A stretch of DNA of 54,260 bases from a virus, in IMG/VR virus record IMGVR_UViG_3300044461_000032. One strand, written 5' to 3'. Positions 49,124 to 54,260 of the stretch are shown here, piece by piece. Under the pieces are notes generated by a model. It was not told the origin of the DNA, searched no databases, and saw nothing but the letters and a program-made list of their open reading frames with translations. The stretch's first letter is position 1. Every line of letters begins with the position of its first letter. The position numbers and the translations under genes were made by a program.

Positions 49124-50199
49124 TAGGGCTGCACCAACGTCAGCGTCAACGTGCAATCCGTGATGCCGCTACACGACACCACATCGACACTCAAGACATC
49201 CCCCGCCGCGACCGCCGTCCACCCCACCGTGGCCCCTTCGTCTTTGTTCGCGCTCGACAGTTCCGGCTCATCCCCGGCCGTCATGCTCGTCAGGGTGGGA
49301 AAGGCCGAGAATGTCCCCTTCAACACGTCGATGACGATATTGCCGGTATCCGGAGAGGTAATTCGCCAGTCGGTGACTGCGCCCGCCGGCAAGGGCGATA
49401 CGGCGACCGACGCCTTGACGCCGGTCGTGATGTCCGCCCCGGCGGCCCCGGCGAGATACACAGTGACGAGCCGCGTCCGGAACGCCTCGTCCAGCGTCGC
49501 GATCTGCGAGCCGCTGCCTGGCCCCGCGGTGACGTGCCCGGTCAGTTCGTCAATGCCGCTCCCACTCGGCGACCCGGCCCCCACCGACTCGATCGTGATG
49601 TCGACTTCTCCGTTCCCGACATCATCCGCGACCGTGAGCGTGACGTTGCTGCCTTCGATGAAGTTCAGCCGTTGACGGGTAAAGGTGGATCCGGTCGAAT
49701 TCTTCCGGACGCCGACGAGCTGCGCATCGGCCAGCATCCCCGAGAGGCCAGCCACGGAGATTTCATCACCGCCCCCGTTCTGGTGGTCCGAGGCATGAGC
49801 CGTCGGGTTCTGATCGTCCGCGAGCAGGCCGGACAACCCTGCGACGTTGATCTCGTCAGACCCGCCGTTCTGGTGGCTGGTCGCATGGGCGCCCGCCGTC
49901 GCCGCCGCAAACGTGCCGTCGTCCCGGAGGAACGTCGTCCCGCCCCCGGGGTAGCCGGCAAGGTTCAGGACGCTGACATCGTCCCCGCCGCCGTCTGAGT
50001 GGGTCGCCGCGTGCGCTGCGGGCGTCTGGGGGGTCGCGAGCAGCCCCGTGAGGCCGGTGACGTCAATCTCGTCACTCCCGCCGTTCTCATGGTTGCTGGC
50101 GTGCGGCCCGCCGCCGCTGACCGTCGAGGCCACGACGGACACCCGGCGCCGCAGCTCCGCCACTTCCGCCCGGAGCCGGTCGTAGAGGAACCGCGTCAC
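49123..50199 (-). CDS. Tail fibre protein with four H-x3-H-x2-G-G-x-D-E-I repeats, 358 aa
   Basis: HASNHENGGSDEIDVTGLTGLL / HAATHSDGGGDDVSVLNLAG / HATSHQNGGSDEINVAGLSGLL / HASDHQNGGGDEISVAGLSGML. Confidence 0.65.
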   Translation of the reverse strand: MTRFLYDRLRAEVAELRRRVSVVASTVSGGGPHASNHENGGSDEIDVTGLTGLLATPQTPAAHAATHSDGGGDDVSVLNLAGYPGGGTTFLRDDGTFAAATAGAHATSHQNGGSDEINVAGLSGLLADDQNPTAHASDHQNGGGDEISVAGLSGMLADAQLVGVRKNSTGSTFTRQRLNFIEGSNVTLTVADDVGNGEVDITIESVGAGSPSGSGIDELTGHVTAGPGSGSQIATLDEAFRTRLVTVYLAGAAGADITTGVKASVAVSPLPAGAVTDWRITSPDTGNIVIDVLKGTFSAFPTLTSMTAGDEPELSSANKDEGATVGWTAVAAGDVLSVDVVSCSGITDCTLTLTLVQP

Positions 50200-53069
50200 T
50201 CGGGCTCCGTGAAGTAGAGGCCGAAGGTCAGACTCCCCCCATCGTCAGGTCCGTAGCCGTAGACGAGGATGTGCAGCTCGACCCCGCCCGTCACGGCAAA
50301 CTCCAGGACCGACGTTGAGAGGAAGCCGTCGTTATCGTTGAACTGAATCAGTTCCCACGTCGGCGACCCGCCGCACACCCCGGTCAAGACGGCCATCTGC
50401 GTGTCATAGAGTGAGTGGACAGTCGTTAGGAACAGCGTCCCGTCGGCCCATGGCGTGAACTTAAACCACGCGGGATGGTGCGCCTCGGCCGGTGGAGGCA
50501 AGAGCGCCGGCGAGCCTTCGACGCTGGTATCCCGGACATGCTCGGTCGTGTCGATCACGATGGCAAACGGCGTCCACGGGGATTGGATAATCTCCATCGC
50601 CGTCGCGCAGGTATCGTTGAACTCGGCCGGACTGGCTTCTACGGCAGGCGGCTGCACCACGTCCGGCTCGTCGAACCCGATCAACTCTTCGCAGTCGAAC
50701 GCCTCAATCTGCACGACCCGCCGGCCCGCCTGCACCTGATGCCGGACAATCAGCGCGAGCCGTTCCTCAAACTCTTCGGCGATGGCCCCGTAGTGTCGAT
50801 ACCGGATGTAGTCCCCGAGGTCAAGATACCCGAGGGACTCATTGTTGTAGTCCGGCCCGATGGTGGCCTCGAGCACGACGTGGGTCGGGGGATGTTTCCG
50901 GATGCGCGACTCCAGCACGGCGAGATGATTCGCCATCGTGATCCCGGGCGCGAAGGGATACTCCCGGTCCTCACTGCTGATGGCTTTGTTGTAGTTCAGG
51001 ATGGCGTCCGGGGACTCGGCCACGCCCACCGTCCGCCAGACCCCGGTCTCATGGTGGTAGTCCGTCTTGAACGGGACGCGGTTCACCTTCTCCGACCAGC
51101 CAAACGTCGGACGAAAGGAGCCTTCCAAGATTTCATAGTTGTCGGTATAGAGCGGGGCATTCCCTTTGATGGCCTCCGTCGGGTGCAGCATGAACACCAC
51201 GATCTGCCCGTAGTGATTCACCCCGAACTGCACCTGACAACTACGGTTCCAGTCCGCGATCCACCGCTTCACTGAGGACCGATCGCCCGACCGCGCTCCG
51301 ATGATGGCCGCTCCGATATACCCCGCCGCGTAGTCCTGATCGATCGCCATGACCGGCAACCGCCCCGCGGCAATCGCAGCGCAGGCATCAAACGACGCTT
51401 CGTCAATGACCGTCTTCGCGACCCCGAACACATCCCACGTCGGATTGGTCAGCCAGGCCCCCGACATATAGGACGCCGCGCCGAAGTTGGCGACGTAGTT
51501 CACCAGCCAGTGTTTATATTGCTCGAAGCGATCCGTGATGACGGTGCCGGTCCCGTCTCCGGAGGGCTCCACGCCCTCGACGTGGACCACGAGCGTCACG
51601 TCGCCCGCGACGACCGCTTCAGGATCCGTTTCCCCGACCTTGCCGTAGAGCAACGTATAGCGCCGATCGATGCCGAAGGTATCGCTCCGGAGATCCTCAT
51701 ACAGCGCCCCGAACTCCGCGAGGAATCCGGCAAAGTGCGGAATCAGCCAGATCGCGCCCTCATCGCCGACGACACTGGTATGCACGGCGCTCGGCGAGCC
51801 GACGCCCCCGACGACCGTCAGCACATCGGCAATGTCGGCGCAGGCGTGACCGGCCACCAGCCAGACGTGATACTGCCCGGAGGACAACGTGCGCGTCCCC
51901 AGATACGTCGGCACATACTCGAAGCCCTGCGGGGAGGGCGCGTCTTCCACCGTACGCCGGTGAATGCCGTAGATTTGCGGCTCAGGCGCTTCCCGGTCCA
52001 GGGACTCATAGACTTCATCGAACAGCGACAGCGGCCCGTCACCAATCTTGCGAAACGGGATCGGATGGTCAGACAGAATGCCCTGCGAGACGATGTCCCC
52101 CAGCGTCAGTTCCATCAACGTCGGCTCCGGGAGCGTGATGTTGATGATCGGCCCCACGAAGACGGTCCATGGCACGCCGAGCGCGGCCCGATTCGCCCGC
52201 GTCGTCATCCGGATCGTCAGCGACTCCACCCAGTAGCGGTCGGTCGTGCTCCGGAGTTGTCGGCGGAATTGGCCAGTATCAATCAGCGTCAAGCTGAAGC
52301 TGGACCCCTGCCAATCACCCGTCCAGGGATGCGAGGCCGCGCGATCGCCTTCCCCGAACCGCTTCACGATGCCCGCCTTGAAGCCGTTCTCCCAGTCGGC
52401 CGGACATTGCATGTCGTGGTCGGAGTAGGTGTCGGTGATGATGGTCGACGTGCCCCCGCCATACTCGCTCGCGGGCGGCCGTTCCTCGGACTCGAAGGTC
52501 ACGTCTCCGTAGGGCGTCCAGACGCCGAAGACGTCGGTCAGGGCTTCATCGGAGACGAGACCCGTGAGCAGGACGGCCGTCGCGGACACCATCTCCGTAT
52601 ACCGCTCAAGGTCCGACAGGACGACCGACCACTCGCGGACTTGCTTCGCCTTGCCGGGATCCCACGGGATGGCGGCGGTGTCGGTGCCGATGTACACGTG
52701 CGTGTGTGTTTCGGCGCTGACGTCGAGTGTGTCCGTGATGTCGAGCACGTTGTCGAGATAGACGCGGTGGGTCGTGGCTTCTCGGGTGTAGGTGATGTGG
52801 TGCCAACCCACCGAGAGGGCGCTGCCCGATGTCCGGTCGGCTCCGGTTAACTCAAACGTCAGCAGGCCGTCATCGTCCTGCCCGACCCAGGCATACTCCG
52901 TGTAGAGCGTGAAGGGATCGTCCCCGACGTAGATAAACGTCTGGTAGGTGCTCGCGGGCGGCGTGCCCCCGACATACACCCACGCCATGATGGTATAGTC
53001 GCTCGACGCCGCGACGACGCCGGTCGTGCGCTCCAGGCCTTCGGCGACGACATCAAAGACCGCCGCCAT
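50196..53069 (-). CDS. Host-specificity (J-like) central tail protein with an N-terminal LamG/concanavalin-like domain, 957 aa
   Basis: ATG at 53069 overlaps the upstream TAA. ..SDYTIMAWVY..GWHHITYTREATTHRVYLDN.. Its size and position are typical of J-like proteins. Confidence 0.6.
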   Translation of the reverse strand: MAAVFDVVAEGLERTTGVVAASSDYTIMAWVYVGGTPPASTYQTFIYVGDDPFTLYTEYAWVGQDDDGLLTFELTGADRTSGSALSVGWHHITYTREATTHRVYLDNVLDITDTLDVSAETHTHVYIGTDTAAIPWDPGKAKQVREWSVVLSDLERYTEMVSATAVLLTGLVSDEALTDVFGVWTPYGDVTFESEERPPASEYGGGTSTIITDTYSDHDMQCPADWENGFKAGIVKRFGEGDRAASHPWTGDWQGSSFSLTLIDTGQFRRQLRSTTDRYWVESLTIRMTTRANRAALGVPWTVFVGPIINITLPEPTLMELTLGDIVSQGILSDHPIPFRKIGDGPLSLFDEVYESLDREAPEPQIYGIHRRTVEDAPSPQGFEYVPTYLGTRTLSSGQYHVWLVAGHACADIADVLTVVGGVGSPSAVHTSVVGDEGAIWLIPHFAGFLAEFGALYEDLRSDTFGIDRRYTLLYGKVGETDPEAVVAGDVTLVVHVEGVEPSGDGTGTVITDRFEQYKHWLVNYVANFGAASYMSGAWLTNPTWDVFGVAKTVIDEASFDACAAIAAGRLPVMAIDQDYAAGYIGAAIIGARSGDRSSVKRWIADWNRSCQVQFGVNHYGQIVVFMLHPTEAIKGNAPLYTDNYEILEGSFRPTFGWSEKVNRVPFKTDYHHETGVWRTVGVAESPDAILNYNKAISSEDREYPFAPGITMANHLAVLESRIRKHPPTHVVLEATIGPDYNNESLGYLDLGDYIRYRHYGAIAEEFEERLALIVRHQVQAGRRVVQIEAFDCEELIGFDEPDVVQPPAVEASPAEFNDTCATAMEIIQSPWTPFAIVIDTTEHVRDTSVEGSPALLPPPAEAHHPAWFKFTPWADGTLFLTTVHSLYDTQMAVLTGVCGGSPTWELIQFNDNDGFLSTSVLEFAVTGGVELHILVYGYGPDDGGSLTFGLYFTEPE

Positions 53070-54133
53070 TAGGTGCGCCTCGTCATGTGGACCCAGACGA
53101 GCGGGCCGATGATCGCGCCAGTTGTGCTCTCCGACCCCGTGACCGCCCCACGCATGACAATGAACGGACACGAGAAGCTATGCCCGAACATCTCGGGCGT
53201 CTCCGTCTCCGGAGGCCCGAAGAGGCCGGTATTGAAGAAGGGCACTTCGATCGGCGTGATGAGGTCCGAGCCGTCATCGATAAGGATGTGCCGGAACGTC
53301 GAGATCGACGTGGACGTGTCGGTCTTCGTCCAGACCCAGAAGGACACCCCGTCTGGGTCGTGGGCCAGTCGGATCTCGTCGCTGATATGCGTGGGCTCCA
53401 AGCCGGGGTAGGTGTGCAGCGTCGCGCCCGCCTCGGAGTAATGCCGCACGAATGAGCCCGGATCCTCAAAATGGTTGTAGCTCGCAAGGATAGTGCCGTC
53501 CGGAAGACAGAGAATCTCGCGACAGATGCGATGGTCCGAGACGACCCCGACGAGAGTAGACATCGCCGTGTCAGTTGTGAGGTTCCACCGATGAATCGCG
53601 TCGGCCTCGAATCCGTCATTCAGGTGATAGCGCGAGTAATACAGGATCGTCTCGTCTGGGGACACCGCCATCCCCATCACGCCACGCGGCGACACGACGC
53701 CCACGTCCGCGACTTTGCCCAAGTAGGCGCCGTCGCTGGTGACGACGTGAATTGATCCTTGATCCAAACCACTGCCGCCTGGCCCGATGTTCTCGATATA
53801 GAACCGATCGAGACCATTCGTCGTGACAGGGCCTTGCCCACGCACATTCAGATCCAGCGACGTGATCAAGTTCAGCGAGGGGTCGTAGAGCTTGACAGTA
53901 GCGATGCTCGTGGTGACTTCGTCATCGTCCACGAAGCAGGAGATCCCATTCGGCAGTATGGCCCCGGCTTCACTCGACGCAAACGGCGTGACGAAGCGCA
54001 AGACTTCGCCTGTCGTGGCGTCAAGGAGCACGGCCGGATACCCGAACGTATCGTCAGGAATCAGCAGCGATCCGGCGACCGCCGTCGTTGTCGGCGGGAG
54101 CGCCACTTCAATCGTGAGCGTCGACGGCGCGGG
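53069..54133 (-). CDS. Same junction-spanning tail protein, C-terminal 354 codons plus stop. Looks like a beta-propeller
   Basis: Track ORF 53069..54250 is in the same frame, and its apparent GTG start lies inside the duplicated 127 bp. The sequence has repeated ~40-50 aa segments (..DGAYLGKVADVG.., ..DGTILASYNHFED.., ..DPDGVSFWVW..). Confidence 0.7.
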   Translation of the reverse strand, partial: PAPSTLTIEVALPPTTTAVAGSLLIPDDTFGYPAVLLDATTGEVLRFVTPFASSEAGAILPNGISCFVDDDEVTTSIATVKLYDPSLNLITSLDLNVRGQGPVTTNGLDRFYIENIGPGGSGLDQGSIHVVTSDGAYLGKVADVGVVSPRGVMGMAVSPDETILYYSRYHLNDGFEADAIHRWNLTTDTAMSTLVGVVSDHRICREILCLPDGTILASYNHFEDPGSFVRHYSEAGATLHTYPGLEPTHISDEIRLAHDPDGVSFWVWTKTDTSTSISTFRHILIDDGSDLITPIEVPFFNTGLFGPPETETPEMFGHSFSCPFIVMRGAVTGSESTTGAIIGPLVWVHMTRRT

Positions 54134-54260
54134 GTTCCCGGTATTTGGACTAACCCGGAAATAGTAGGTCGTGCCTGGGACCGTCACGATCTCAAGCGGC
54201 TTGTTGCGCCGATAGTTGTCAGTCTCCGCAACCCCGAGCACATGCACCACGCCGGCCGCG
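54134..54260. repeat. Second copy of the 127-bp terminal direct repeat
   Basis: Identical to 1..127. Confidence 0.95.

Overview
The window is a complete, closing genome of a high-GC siphovirus-type tailed phage. The first 127 bp are identical to the last 127 bp, leaving 54,133 bp of unique sequence. It is presented as the reverse complement of the usual phage map. Every phage gene is on the minus strand, and plus-strand genes occur only inside two IS1595-family insertions.

Minus-strand order, from high to low coordinates:
- An early operon starting at a leaderless-type promoter near 46.9 kb, encoding small Cys-rich, HTH and membrane ORFs.
- Two IS insertions at 39.9-43.7 kb, followed by an Erf/YqaJ recombination pair.
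- A second leaderless-type promoter at 38.26 kb, followed by two HNH nucleases and an SNF2-helicase/DNA-methyltransferase fusion.
- A long hairpin terminator and a 470-bp structured non-coding gap.
- Coiled-coil and DUF551-like genes.
- A roughly 10-kb block of PKD, beta-helix and tandem-repeat surface-type proteins.
- HNH, a P27-type small terminase, and a large terminase split into two coupled ORFs.
- A ribbon-helix-helix (RHH) protein, a prohead-protease/HK97-capsid fusion with a terminator, two small genes, and the portal.
- A collagen-like repeat protein.
- A seven-gene glycosyl/methyl-transferase cassette.
- Connector and tail-completion genes, the major tail protein, G/T chaperones and the tape measure.
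- A distal tail protein, then a 684-aa gene that spans the contig junction.
- A J-like protein, a His-box fibre, a beta-helix tailspike and two membrane proteins.

I saw no tRNA, CRISPR array, integrase, repressor or recognisable endolysin.

The best leads are:
- the transferase cassette embedded in the morphogenesis operon;
- the two IS1595 elements with intact target-site duplications, one truncated and one carrying cargo genes;
- the PKD/repeat protein block upstream of the packaging genes;
- the split large terminase;
- the paired leaderless promoters.

All family assignments come from motif recognition by eye. No database search was possible.
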